From Trichoplax adhaerens (lineage: Eukaryota; Animalia; Placozoa): a stretch of 64,000 nt of DNA. This document shows positions 50,773 to 64,000 of the stretch, one piece after another. Numbering within the stretch: the stretch's first letter is position 1; each line of letters opens with the position of its first letter. The translations under genes were made by a program, and so were the position numbers. The notes under the pieces are model-generated. The model was not told the origin of the DNA. It worked only from the letters and a program-made list of their open reading frames with translations, and searched no databases. The stretch covers positions 8,696,011 to 8,760,010 of the forward strand of contig NW_002060945.1 in assembly GCF_000150275.1 (NCBI RefSeq). The letters run 5' to 3'.

Positions 50773-53700
50773 AATTTCGAAAAAATTACGATAGTAGCAG
50801 AAATTTTTTAAACGATCTGAAGAAAGCAAAGTTGCCAGATATTGTGATAACTGAACTAATTAATTATAAATAATAATGCAATTCAAAGTCTATATATATA
50901 GTATGACAGAGGATGCATTGTTTTTAGAAGGATAAAATAATTACGGTAAATATGTTTTTTTATTTTCTACCAGTCAAGTTAAGCGGTAAAGTTCAATGTA
51001 ATGGGTGCATATTTAATTATTGGTCGCTAGATGAATGCAAGCAATGAATTATGGATAATTCTGTATTTAGATAGTATTGTTAAGACAACAACCATCTCGT
51101 GATAAAATAGTGCGATATTATATATGTGAGATATTATCAGCGGGATTATTTTCGTAATTGTTAGAACTAAATCAATCAATAAAAGTTACGCATATGCGTA
51201 TAATTTCCTTCAATCTGTTAACTGTTGGATTTTAAATTTCAATACTTCTATATAACAAGTAATGATCTAGTAGAATCATTGAGCTAAAAATAGCAGAAAT
51301 TACATGTGGCAGGCAGATTGCATTGGCCGGTAAATAAAAGGTCATTCTAGAAATTCCTTAATTCTATACTAGTAGTTATCAGTGATATTATTAGAATTAA
51401 ATCAATACAGCTTTTCAATAGGTGTAGGTTAAAATCTAAATTTAAAGTTTGCGTTACGTGATGAGCAAATCGATAGCCCACTGGCATTAGTTACCGTACT
51501 TTCTAGCAGCAATCTGTCCTCCACCAAATTATTCAATTTTGTATAAATAATAAAAAACATTTTATTATTTAAAATAGGATAATTTTATAATATTTCCCGT
51601 TACGCTAGAATTTTTAACTGGTTTTAATCGATTAGCCACTAGCAGTATTAACTTAACCGCCATTAAATTTGATTTATAAGTTCTTGTAAATGTTTGCGAT
51701 CCATCTTTTTTAATTACATCGCTTGTCTATTCCGTGTTAGTATGGTCCAATCATTTGGCTTCCATTGCACTCTGATGTGCCGAAACATCGATTGTGAAAC
51801 AATTTACAGTATTTATCAAAGAAATGGGAAATCTTTGCCTTATTTGTACTTATAGAATTTTCTAGTTACGGTATTACTTTAAAAATGGCATGATTTACCG
51901 ATAGGACGCAGATACACCCATTTACGAGTACATAATCATTAAGATTAAGACGCTACGCTATTAAACCTTATGAAAACTTTGATTAAAATTTAATTAAGTG
52001 TAAACAATATTTACATAAGTTGTCGATAACGCTTCGATCAATCGCGTACCGATAGTGATTTATAACTGAATGACGTAAAAATTAGAATAATATGTCGGCC
52101 CTTAGTCCGCCAAGTAATGTACCAGAAAGATCTTTTACTGGCTGGTGGTATGCATGATTTTTAGAAACGATACGATACAAATTTAAGGTAGATATGATGG
52201 AGACTTAAGTTGGGCTAGTAAACTTTTGCATTGTATACGTTCGCATAACATCTATTGATTGTATATCGTTTACACACAAAATAGAAAACTTGAATATTTA
52301 CATAAACAAAAGATATCATAATATCGCATGGCCAGTCTTTTCAAAAGTAACTGAGGGTAAAAAAGTATGACTAGCGTACCGTAACCTTGTCTATTAATTC
52401 ATTATGAATTACATTAATAAAAAAATGCGATTAAAAGTTGCTATTTTTAATAGTGATTGATTGAAAGCTATAGAAAATGATATCAATGCCATAGTACTTG
52501 ATTCAAGATATTCCTTTAGATGGGCCTTAATGCTTGGATTAAGAGAGAGAATTAATCTATCGATTAATAATTCTTTTGCCCTATTTTTTAATATTTCTTT
52601 AAATAGGAATGATAAGGTAGTTAATGATGCTAATGTTCGTAACTAGCCATCACATTATTCATTAATTAGTGTTATGAATACATTGATAAAAGAGATAGGC
52701 ATGAAAGTGAAGATCAAGAGCATTTCTAAACTAAGTCCATTTCTTGTTGTCCATTATAAGATATATGCCTTTGTTAGGAGCTAGAGCTTGATCATCTATA
52801 ACGGATTATTTGGAACGATGAAGAAGACAATCTTCATAGGTTAGATTGTGAGATTGTATTGTTACTGTAGAGTTAGATGTAGGTGGTTCTTAGAAACGGA
52901 CTAGTTTATTGTAAGAAAATGAAGTTAACAAGAAATTAAAATTCTTGATACATTACAGTATTCTTTCAGATACTCTACTATAGTCTCCATTATCCAGAAT
53001 GAGTATCCAAAAAAGGAAAGGGGTTATACCTAGGTATCAAGGATTACATTGCTACTGATATAATGAAATTAGTCATAATTACATATAATTTCTCAATTAT
53101 CGTAATTTCTGTCCGTATATTAGAAGTTCGGCCCTTTGAAAGATTTGTATTACAATTTTCATAATGTAACGGTAAAGTCTTAGATATAATAGTTGATAAC
53201 TTCGAAAGTAATGTACAATAATAACTGGCAAATCGTATTTAAGTCAGTTTTATGCATAGAATACTTAATATGCCTTCCAGATGGTTATTGTTATTTATGC
53301 GTATGTTAACACGTATATATCGGCATGGTACCATGTAGATATACTACGAAAGTACTTTATCGCCATGTTCTCCTTATCAAGTGCGATATATCTCCAGTTT
53401 CAATCCCATCGATATTATACTATTATTCGGTGCTAGGTGCAACGTGATAGTCTTATAAGTGTATGATATTTGGGCTTCTTCATCGAAATTATATACTGTA
53501 CATTTTATCTTTATGCTTATAAATAATTGGTATAATTATACTACAAAATCCTGTACTGTAGTACTATATAAACAGCCGAGTAATTTCTAAAGTATGAGAT
53601 ATAGAATTAGTAGATGTTCGTGCTTTCATACCCTTGTAAAATCTTCTGAGGCAGTTATTGAATATATACGATATACCCGTATCTGTATATCGCAATAAGA

Positions 53701-55211
53701 TATTAAAGAATTCTAGGATATCATGATATTATATTTATAGCTGACCGCATCTGTGTAAGTTCTAATAAAGCATCGCACTTTATGTAGGTCTCGTTATCCG
53801 TTTATTTATTGTGGACTCCTGCTAATACAAATATTATATTTTTATCTCCACATTGGTGCGATATTTCATTAAAAACAGTCTATGACAGTTGTAGAATATT
53901 ATGCAATAGGGTGAAAAGCATGAATTCTACCAGCTTAGATATGCCTTTTAATATACTGCACTGTGCACGTATTGACGGATATTTTTTATAGTTTGTTTAT
54001 CCTTGATAAAAGGGAGATTTCTTGCGAGAATTGCACATGTTGCAAGACAGTTTTACTGTTTGAATGATACTCATTAACTGATCAGATTACGATATGAATT
54101 TTTTTCTTGAAATTTAATGCAAAACTTTACGTCTAACCTAGTCATAGCTCTAATAATTAATATTAGGTTACTTGTATACTTGTATTGTATTAAAAGAAAA
54201 GTAATAATTCGTTTATTTTACCTTATATTTATGATTAATATGAGAGTAAAGTAATTTATTGTTTATATCCCTACGTAAACTTTTTGACTGTAGATTTAAG
54301 AAACTTTTCATCAACTAAATTTTAAGACTAATTTTCACTTACCGTTTTTTATTACACTGGATTTCATTTCTTGATTTATGAACGAATATGGGTATAAAAT
54401 GGTCGTTTAGAGTAGCGCACATACATTTACTCGGCAGAAATTCTTTCCATCCTTCATTGCCGCTCACTCAAACTTAATACATTACAAGGCAATGTTGGGA
54501 TAGTTAAATAAAATCGCTCGGCTAGCCCACGACTCATTCGAAACATTAACGGAATGCAAATTACCCTGAAACTTATTTTAAATTATAATTTTTTAGTGTA
54601 GGCTTATTTCGTTATTCTCTTATTTACAATGTAACTTACAAATTTACAGTGTTGTCAGTTGCATTATAAAAAGAATTGTGTAGATATAACGTTCTTATCA
54701 AATAACCTGGTTATGCTAAAAAACACTAAATTTTGTAATTTTAACGGATATACTGGCAGGAAATTTATTTGCTTATTGCTTAGAAGAAGATGTTCAGTAA
54801 ATGAGAGATTAATTTAGAATATGATCTATGACGAAAGCTAGGATAACACCGGCATAAGAAGTATCAGCAAGATGCCTCTTGAAATTTTTATCAAAAACTA
54901 TACGATCAAATCAAGGCGTGAAAATGGATTTAAATTAGAATAGGAGCACCGTTTTATACGAAAGTCGATGTCCAATTGTGGACAAAAGATTACAGAGTTT
55001 CGTTGGTCGTTAAAGCGCAATTTTGTGTACAGTACATTCCTCGATACAATGTCTACAAATACATAAGAAGTGGCAAACTTGATAAATGAATACATTAAAA
55101 TCCCTATATAAATTTCACATTAAAACTTCAATTTTGGAACCAAGATGCATTGTTATTTCGTGGTTGCATAAAAATATTAGTTCAAATTTTAAGACATTGA
55201 AAACCACGTTA

Positions 55212-58200
55212 TTAAAAACCACGTACGACCATCTGTTTCATTTTTGGATTCTTCTTCTTTAACTGCTTTTTATATTCTTTTTCCTAAAGTTTTCAGCGCA
55301 AGAATCAGATGTCGTTAATGCCATAAAGGTAATTATGTTCAACAGTGCATGTTATGCTTTAAAATATAATTACCTGTAATTTTCGAACTTTGTCTGGATC
55401 TTCCTCGGCTAATAACTTTTCCTTGTCCGCTTTCGCTTTTTCTTCACGACGCTGTTGCGCGGCCTATATTAACGGTATTAAAGTTGTTTAGTTTGGCTGA
55501 TATATCAATACCCCCTTACAAGTAGTAATTACACGATTCGTAACAAATTGTTAAGCACAAGACAAGGTTTACTTAACGCGGTAAAAGGTAATGAAAGGAA
55601 GTTATATTTGCTAGTGGTACCTCTTGTCTTTGTGCATGAGATTGCTTCAAGTAGGTTTCTTGTAATTTAGCACGTCGCACTTGAGCTTTTTGCTTGGCCT
55701 AAATTCAATCATGACAATTATGATAAAAGTGTCACATGAGGCAAAACATCAACTTTTGAAGAGTTCAAAGTAATCTTACATCTTTTCCTAATTTACACTT
55801 TCTGACGCGGTCAATATAGAACAAAATCATTTTCAGTACGGGTTCGAGGGAGGACATTATCCGTACTGTGCTGGTACCCTTTTTTTGAGCTGTACAGGAT
55901 CGAATATTATATTAAAATAAAATTCCAAGAAAACAATCCATAGGATTAAAAATAATTTTCAGCTTACGTATTAAAGTAAACATTAACACTTTCTTGGAGA
56001 TTTGAACCACACTTTTATCATCTTTTTCTTCACTAAAGATTGTGATAACCGACTTAGTAAACGTTAGAGATTAACTAAGTAGGTGATGAACATTATGTAC
56101 TAACTTGGGATCCTTTGGTTCGACATACTGATCGGAGAAGTGTAGGGATTCGAATATTTCGCTGAAACTATTGATCGTCTTGACCACCTTATAACCAACA
56201 GGAAACGTTTAACAAATGCTTGAATTTGACTTTAATTCTGAGTATGTAAAATAAACTCGATACAGTTTGCAGTATGGTATCGTACCTGCTGGGTTAGCAT
56301 CGTTTCAGCAATTTCAGGGAATTCTGATAAGATAGCATAAGAATTTGATAATCCATACTTTTCTCCTGAACGTTTATCCGGGCAGAAGAAACTCTAAACC
56401 AAATAAATTTGAATATTTTTTACTGTTTGCGTAAAGTATATCTAGAATACATTAATTATATTTATAATGTGAGTTGTGCATAATAATATTACTAGATCTT
56501 GTAGGTCCTTCTGTAATTTTGCAACATTTTTTTTAGGAACAACAGCAAACACGAATGAATCCATATCCTCTTCCAACATTTCTACTGTTATAACCTAAAG
56601 AAAGTAGACAAGTATCCAATACGTATATCAACAATACATTTTATGATCAATAATAAGTTAAAAATGATCTAGCGTATTGCAGATTGATTTATTTAAGGTA
56701 ATTTACAATTCGGTCTGTCTTCGGTTTGAGAATAGAAGACATGACACCAATTAAATCGTGTCGTTTCTTTAGCTATAACGGAAATAAAAGTGAAAGTATT
56801 ATTGTCGAGTCCACGGAGGTATCGTTACGGTTTAGTGCTTACTTTTATCTGTACCAGCATCCCTTTACATCCCAGTTTTCCAGTACACCACAAGCTATAA
56901 ATACTTTCACTATCTTTTATAAGGACACCATGTTGAACTTCCTTTCCGGTACCGTCATCTCCTAAAATTTCATAGCATTACGGTATATTAATACTTTAGT
57001 CACATTCCGTTGCTTGGTATTGGAAATGATTCCAGTAAAAGCGTAGCGACATGGTTTATTTTGCTGGTTTTAGCGTACCTACAACAGCAAAGTTGGATTC
57101 CAGCAATTGTCTCGCTGATTCGTACCTGAAATCACATGTCATATTCGGTAATTATCTACGTACTTACGACTGTAAGTCAATGGTGAAGATTAGATCTAAT
57201 GATTTCAATGTTACCATGCATATGCTAGTCGGGAGTTGGTTGATCTTCCAGCAAAGAAATTAATTGCATACACCACCAGTCCACAAATAATCATTATTTC
57301 ACTGGAAAAGGCTTCCCATCCTTTACTCGCTAAATGTACAGGTACCTGCCAATTGAGAGATCAAGGTGTGCGATGTAAGTAAGCATAAAGAATATCAACA
57401 TCAAATGAGTATAATCAAACGTTATAGAACAAATAAAGAGTGAACTGTACACCAAACAGTCTTAGTATTTCATGGTTAAGGATACTCTTATTTGTTAAAA
57501 AGATTTGTATTTTAAGCGAACCTCGGCATATTGTAATTGAGGCTGCTGCGATTTTGATCTAGTTGGTTTCTCGCCAATACCCTAAATACCATAGATGAAA
57601 TTAAAAATTATTATTCGGGAGGGCCTTTTAATTTTATATTTTATTAAGGGATCTAAATTCAACATTTGTACATAGAAATAGTAAAATATTTTTAACACTA
57701 CAGGTTCTTATATGTCTACTGATAACAACGTGGACAATTCATTAAAATCGAATAGTGAAGTAGATAATAATTTTTTGCCTGATAGTAAAATGATGCTAAC
57801 TATGGTATCTCTACTGTTATACTCGTATTGATTATTGTGTCATAATAGTAATCACTTATTTTCTGAATAGCCTTTTAGCTCTTTGACGACTACAATTACC
57901 ATAAACGTAAAGTGAGTTTCTATTCAATACTCTAAACGTCCTTAATGATATTTATAGGGAGATGCCTATGACGAGATCTTGCATATATAGGTACGAGTAA
58001 ATTGACGTTATCATTTACTCTACTACAATATCAAATACGGAATTTAAAAGATTTACCTCGAATTCCTCTTCGTCTTTTAAGAATTCTTCATCGTCACTCT
58101 AATAACATGCAAATTTTGATTACTGTAATAAAAACCTTTGTGATTCAATTAATATACGACAATGGCAATGATAATAAGGTTAAAGAGAGCACTTCACGTA

Positions 58201-60032
58201 AATAGATTAATGCTACCTCTAAAATTGTATTAAGTAGACGAATGATGTTTATTGAACTAGCAACTACATTACATCAAAATAGTATAACGGTAGAAAGGTA
58301 GGCAAATACAAAAGTACGCTTAAGTATAAAGAACGTTACCTCTATGGTAGTATCAGTATCTTCGAAGTCGCTGCTAGTGTCTATATGTAGGAAGATGGTA
58401 AGAAATAAAAACATTTATAATTACAGTGTCGTAGCTAACATTTTGAAATACCCATTGAGCAGTATTGAGGATATTAGAATGGCAGAAAACTGTCATGGAC
58501 AGCGTATTATCGCCTCATAATACGACTGACTGGTATTCTGGATTATTTCAGAGTGATGACATATCCAAGAATGTAAGGTCGTAGCATCCGCTCACTAAAC
58601 GTTTGATCCCATTCTTATTATCGTTTCATGACGCAACAGCGCCATGTTGTTGACTAGTTTATGATACGTTTTCATTGATAAAGCTTAGTCTGTCATTACG
58701 TAAGTTTATGATAATGTGGCATTAAAGTGATGTTTTTTTGTAGGAAGAAGAATGCAGCTATTTAGCGAGATATTCATTTATATTGTTAGCGTATACAACG
58801 CCTTTCTGTATAGTATCGAGTATTGACAAGATTATTTTGAAAGCATTTTCTACGCGTAGGTTATCACCAGTTATCACCATGTAAAAAACGGTGTCGATGA
58901 AGATGGCTTATGGAAAGGTGTCCTAATTGTAATAGACAATCCATTCATGCTATGTAAGCGTATACTGTAGCACCCCAATGCGTTGGTTGAGAATTTCAAT
59001 TTTGGATCGTATATCATTATAATCAGTCTATACTACGTCGAAAGATGCAAGTCATGTCCACTTGTCTAGTAGAGTACAACCGCGACTACGGTATAATCAT
59101 TAGGTTTAAATTTTTATTTTTATTTGCAAGTAAAATTGCCTCGTTGTAAACTTCAAGTTGGCCTTGAATGTGTACTCAGTGGCAGTCAGTGCGTACACTT
59201 TTTTCAATTCTGAGTTGATATTGGATTCCTAAGGTGGATCGATCCGCATACTGGTTGCACAAACGTATTATACTGGTATGTAGAAATGATTATGGTTACC
59301 ATGATGACGATGGACATGTTTTTACTGGAGGTTGTAGCAACAGAGGGGTCTGAAACATTGAAGATTTTTTTTCTTTTGTGCTATGTCTAGCTGCAATGTA
59401 GGGCATCGTTTGTTTGTCTTGTACAATACGCTAGAACAGTTGGAATGGAGTGATCATTACCATTCGTTAACCCATTGTAAAAGCAGCAATGGCTGCAATA
59501 TTGAGGGTTTACCATCAATTTCAATCATGTCATTGGGTGCCTACGTCGCTATTGGATCATGCCCAAACGACTGCAATGTTGTATTTTGATTGTCCATGTA
59601 TGCTGGCTGCATCGCATTTAGCACTTTGTCTAGACGATGCGAACGCCATTCTGTTGCACAAACGAATAACTCATTGACTACAGTATACGAAGAGAGTAGA
59701 ATGAAATTGTAGAGGAATTTCTATTGGGCATGAAACGGCAGCAATGATTGGCTCTGCATTGAAAATCAAGCTGAACATGGCGATAGCAATAGCGCCGTTG
59801 ATAATCTGCACGTTGCTACACATGGTCAATCAATCAGTATGGTTTTACCTTCCTCCGTTGTAGCAGTTTCTTCACGTTCTGGAAATTCATCCTCGTCATG
59901 AATAAATTCTGAAAATTCCTCATCATCATCACTGGGAGTAGGAGCACCACTGTCACCTTGGGCGATGATCGAAGACAAATTAATCAACAGCAAGAAGGAT
60001 ATCAAAATGAACAAGGATCGAGGGACAGCCAT
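55212..60032 (-). CDS. CCDC47: PAT complex subunit CCDC47 (ER membrane-protein chaperone, calumin)
   Basis: Exons: 60032-59849, 58380-58340, 58098-58057, 57581-57522, 57345-57215, 57125-57079, 56961-56843, 56772-56707, 56594-56493, 56393-56286, 56187-56105, 56032-55968, 55889-55780, 55698-55621, 55463-55374, 55283-55212. Signal peptide and acidic lumenal region, then VPVHL, one TM helix, LLESNFAVVGDDG, YSLWCTG, LKKRHDL, MDSFVFAV, LHFSDQY, HAQRQEAAQQRREEK, EEDPDK, KKKNPKMKQM. Confidence 0.93.
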
Positions 60033-60307
60033 GATTGCATCAACGTTGCAGCATGCCAAAGCAACGATGCCACTGAGACTGCAGTCCAATCACCCATGGT
60101 ATACCTACGCATTCGTTCCGTCCAGTACGCTCCATTGACTGTGCTGTCATGCTTGGCAGCGGATTTGGCAGACTGTCGCTTTCTTGTTGTACTGTATATA
60201 ACACTACACGGATCGACGCACTGACGCGTGAGTGTGATTGACCTCGTTGGCACTGACGGACGCCATCGAGAGCTTGGAACAAAGTTCATGGTAGTCTTTT
60301 TGCAATA

Positions 60308-61162
60308 GAGTACAGTACTATCCTGTACAGCGGTTTCAGTAATACCGGTCAGACAGTATGAACATGATGTACAGTACACTGGACGAGACAAAAAGACGAC
60401 TCACTCGCTCAGACAGACGGACTTTTCTTTGCAATGGAGCCTATCAATCTGGAAAAATGAGTATTTGAGATTTTGAGTAGAGTACAGTACTGTCCTGTAC
60501 AGCGGTTTCAGTAATACCGGTCAGACAGTATGAACATGATGTAGACTGGACAGGACATCATGGACTAGGCAAAAAGACGACTCGCCCGGTCGGACAGGCG
60601 GATTTTTCTGAGCGAAGGAGCCTATCAATCTGGAAAAATGAGTATTGGAATACAGTACAGTACTGTCCTGTACAGCGGTTTCAGTAATGCCGGTCAGACA
60701 GTACTATACTGTATACAGTTGTACAGTACAATCTTGGACTAGGCAAAAAGGCGACTCACTCGCTCGGACAGGCGGACTTTCCTTTGCATACTGTACTGTA
60801 TAGTGTACAGTACAGTATAGTGTACAGTACAATCATTGTACAGCGGTTTCAGTAATACCGGTCAGACAGTATGAACATGATGTACAGTACACTGGACTGG
60901 ACATCATGGACGAGGCAAAAAGACGACTCGGCCGCTCAGACAGACGGACTTTTCTTTGCAAAGAAGCCTATCAATCTGGAAAAATAAGTATTTGAATACA
61001 GCACAGTAGTGTCCTGTACAGCGGTTTCAGTAATACCGGTCAGACAGTATGAACATGATGTACAGTACACTGGACTGGACATCATGGACGAGGCAAAAAG
61101 ACGACTCAGCCGCTCAGACAGACGGACTTTTCTGAGCAAAGGAGCCTATCAATCTGGAAAAA
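60308..61162. repeat. Tandem array F, ~172-bp unit, 5 copies
   Basis: Anchor GTACAGCGGTTTCAGTAAT at about 60325, 60497, 60670, 60838, 61016. Confidence 0.9.
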
Positions 61163-61659
61163 TAACTACCTACTGTGGTATGGATCTTCCGCGTCTGTTT
61201 TCCAAATCACTGGTACTCATTTTAATAGCATGAACCGTCTTATAGAACTATCTCCGAGCGGAATTGAGTAACAGAGAATAAGATTTAGCGTCATACGTAC
61301 TACTTCATTTCGAAAAAATCAGTCCATTCAAAGTTGACCATCTCTATGTCAAGCTATATACAGTTACAGTATAGCATACTAAAAGCAATGTCATAACCAA
61401 GAGTTTGACACACTATTTTGACGGTAATGTCTGTCCATCCAAGAGTGATCAGCCCCCAGTCCAAGTCTTCTTCTAGTAGTGTACTGTACAATACTGGAGT
61501 ACAAATACAGTAGTACAAACTACAGTACAGCCCACTGCTGTCTGAAGTACCGTACTGCACACAATCGCTCGGTGTCGTTCCGTCTGTCCAAGCGGTACTT
61601 CTTCTGGTACAAAGGAAGGAAAGGGACCTTCGAGTGACGCGCATACAGTACAGTAGTCA

Positions 61660-63423
61660 GTAGGTGACTGTAGGGACTCGGGACAAGATACAGTTCGCTT
61701 CGACCCAGTGTAGTCTTGTAGCAATTAGACCTAAGTTCGGTTCGGTTCAAAATCTTTATGATCTAGACTAGCAATCTATAGCAACTGCTGTCATACTGTA
61801 CCGCAGTCAGAAGTTGGCACTGGACAGATGGACACTGGACAGGTGACTGTAGGGACTAATGACAAATCCAGTTCACTTCAACTCAGTGTAGTGTTGTAGC
61901 AATTCGACCTGAGTTGGGTTCGATTCAAAACCTTTGTGACTAGCGATCTACAGCAACCACTGTCATACTGTACCGCAGTCAGAAGTTGGCATTGGACAGA
62001 TGGACATTGGACTGGTGACTGTAGGGACCGGTGACAAAATCCAGTTCACTTCGACTCAGTGTAGTGCTGTAGCGATTAGACCTGAGTTGGGTCCGGTGCG
62101 GTTCAAAACCTTTGTGACTAGCAATCTACAGCAACCACTGTCATACTGTACCGCAGTTAAAAGAAAAGTTGGCATTGGACAAATGGACACTGGACAGGTG
62201 ACTGAGGGACCAGTGACAAAATCCAGTTCACTTCGACTCAGTGTAGACGTGTAGTGCTGTAGCGATTAGACCTGAGTTTGGTTCGGTTCGGTTCAAAACC
62301 TTTGTGACTAGCAATCTACAGCAACCACTATCATACTGTACCGCAGTCAGAAGTTGGCATCGGACAGATGGACATTGGGCAGGTGACTGTAGGGACTAGT
62401 GACAAATGCAGCTCACTTCGACTCAGTGTAGTGTTGTAGCATTTAGACCTGAGTTGGGTCCGGTGCGGTTCAAAACCTTTCTGACTAGCAATCTACAGCA
62501 ACCACTATCATACTGTACTGTACCGCAGTCAGAAGTTGGCATTGGACAGATGGACACTGGACTGGTGACTGTAGGGACCGGTGACAAATCCAGTTCACTT
62601 CGACTCAGTGTAGTGTTGTAGCAATTCGACCTGAGTTGGGTCCGGTTCGAAACCTTTATGACTAGCAATCTACAGCAACCACTGTCATACTGTACCGCAG
62701 TCAGAAGTTGGCATCGGACAGATAGACATTGAACAGGTGACTGTAGGGACTAATGACAAATCCAGTTCACTTCGACTCAGTGTAGTGCTGTAGCGATTAG
62801 ACCTGAGTTGGGTCCGGTTCAAAACCTTTGTGACTAGCAATCTCCAGCAACTGCTGTCATACTGTTACCGCAGTCAGAAGTTGGCATTGGACGGATGGAC
62901 ACTGGACAGGTGACTGTAGGGACTAATGACAAATCCAGTTCACTTCGACTCAGTGTAGACGTGTAGTGCTGTAGCAATTAGACCTGAGTTGGGTTCGGTT
63001 CAAAACCTTTGTGACTAGCAATCTCCAGCAACTGCTGTCATACTGTACCGCAGTCAAAAGTTGGCATTGGACAGATGGACACTGGACAGGTGACTGTAGG
63101 GACTAATGACAAATCCAGTTCACTTCAACTCAGTGTAGTGTTGTAGCGATTAGACCTGAGTTGGGTCCGGATCAAAACCTTTGTGACTAGCAATCTCCAG
63201 CAACTGCTGTCATACTGTTACCGCAGTCAGAAGTTGGCATTGGACGGATGGACACTGGACAGGTGACTGTAGGGACTAATGACAAATCCAGTTCACTTCG
63301 ACTCAGTGTAGTGTTGTAGCATTTAGACCTGAGTTGGGTCCGGTGCGGTTCAAAACCTTTGTGACTAGCAATCTCCAGCAACTGCTGTCATACTGTACCG
63401 CAGTCAGAAGTTGGCATTGGACA
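61660..63423. repeat. Tandem array G, ~172-190-bp unit, ~10 copies (satellite-like)
   Basis: Anchor GACTAGC(A/G)ATCT at about 61766, 61938, 62116, 62306, 62483, 62660, 62832, 63013, 63185, 63363. Confidence 0.93.
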
Positions 63424-64000
63424 GCATTACTCTGGAGCCAACGGCTGGAGTCGACTGGCAACAACGTCAAGATTAATTTTTGATCCCTTTGGAAGGAAAT
63501 TTACACTTATGGCTTCCCAAAGTGATAATCAATCATGTATCGTACACATTATGGTCGTTGGATTTCATCACCAATATGGAGCTGAGGTAGGTAGAATGGA
63601 AGCCATTTCTTTTTCGGTCAAAGGTAGCATCAGTGGGTCATTGACCATACTGTACTGTACTGGAAAGGTTCAATGCATTCTTGGTTGACGATCTTTGAAA
63701 GCCTTGTTGACCAATGGAGACAGAGTTGAATGATCCTCATGTAGTTGGGGTTAGGATTCTCATTCGGTAGGATAGGATAGGATAGGTTACTCCCATATTT
63801 TACAACTCTACGATGCCAATAGCGATTGGCATCGTAGACCGCCAGCGACATGACAGCAAGGATAGTTGTCTTGCATTCACTGACGACGAACTCCCATCAA
63901 ATACAATCGCTTCCATGGTAGGGTGCTTATGGTTCCACTGTGCATCCACCATAGCGAATGGGATCATCGGGATCATTCCAAGAAATGACAGTACAATAGG

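Noticed and set aside
50900-55100. Possible gene between the C13-like gene and CCDC47 (also 16.3-23.8 kb and 41.3-44.8 kb)
   Set aside because: Only short low-complexity ORFs, with no consistent exon chain or recognisable motif.
61660-63423. CRISPR-like array
   Set aside because: Whole ~175-bp units repeat with no unique spacers; eukaryotic context and no cas genes.

Overview
AT-rich, intron-dense animal genomic DNA with short GT-AG introns. Composition and gene style suggest a placozoan (Trichoplax-like) or another early-branching metazoan; this is inference only. Five spliced protein-coding genes could be rebuilt by hand: (1) a transmembrane adenylyl cyclase of the ADCY5/6 type (minus strand, 3' end runs off the window start); (2) sterol O-acyltransferase SOAT/ACAT (minus); (3) Elongator subunit ELP2 (plus); (4) an unnamed ~482-aa secreted Cys-rich protein with a legumain/GPI8-like (peptidase C13, caspase-hemoglobinase fold) domain that has lost both catalytic residues (minus); (5) CCDC47 (minus). 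Three GC-richer islands (~30-35 kb, ~47-49 kb, ~60-64 kb) hold seven mutually unrelated 130-220 bp tandem arrays and decayed coding-like sequence. The 30-35 kb and 60-64 kb islands are peppered with TACAGTA/TACTGTA. Copy-to-copy comparison shows 5-bp CAGTA/CTGTA insertions at TA sites, the signature of Tc1/mariner excision footprints. Other leads: a forskolin-pocket substitution in the cyclase, and an H/ACA-snoRNA-like structure antisense within a cyclase intron. All coordinates were read by eye and may be off by a few bases.
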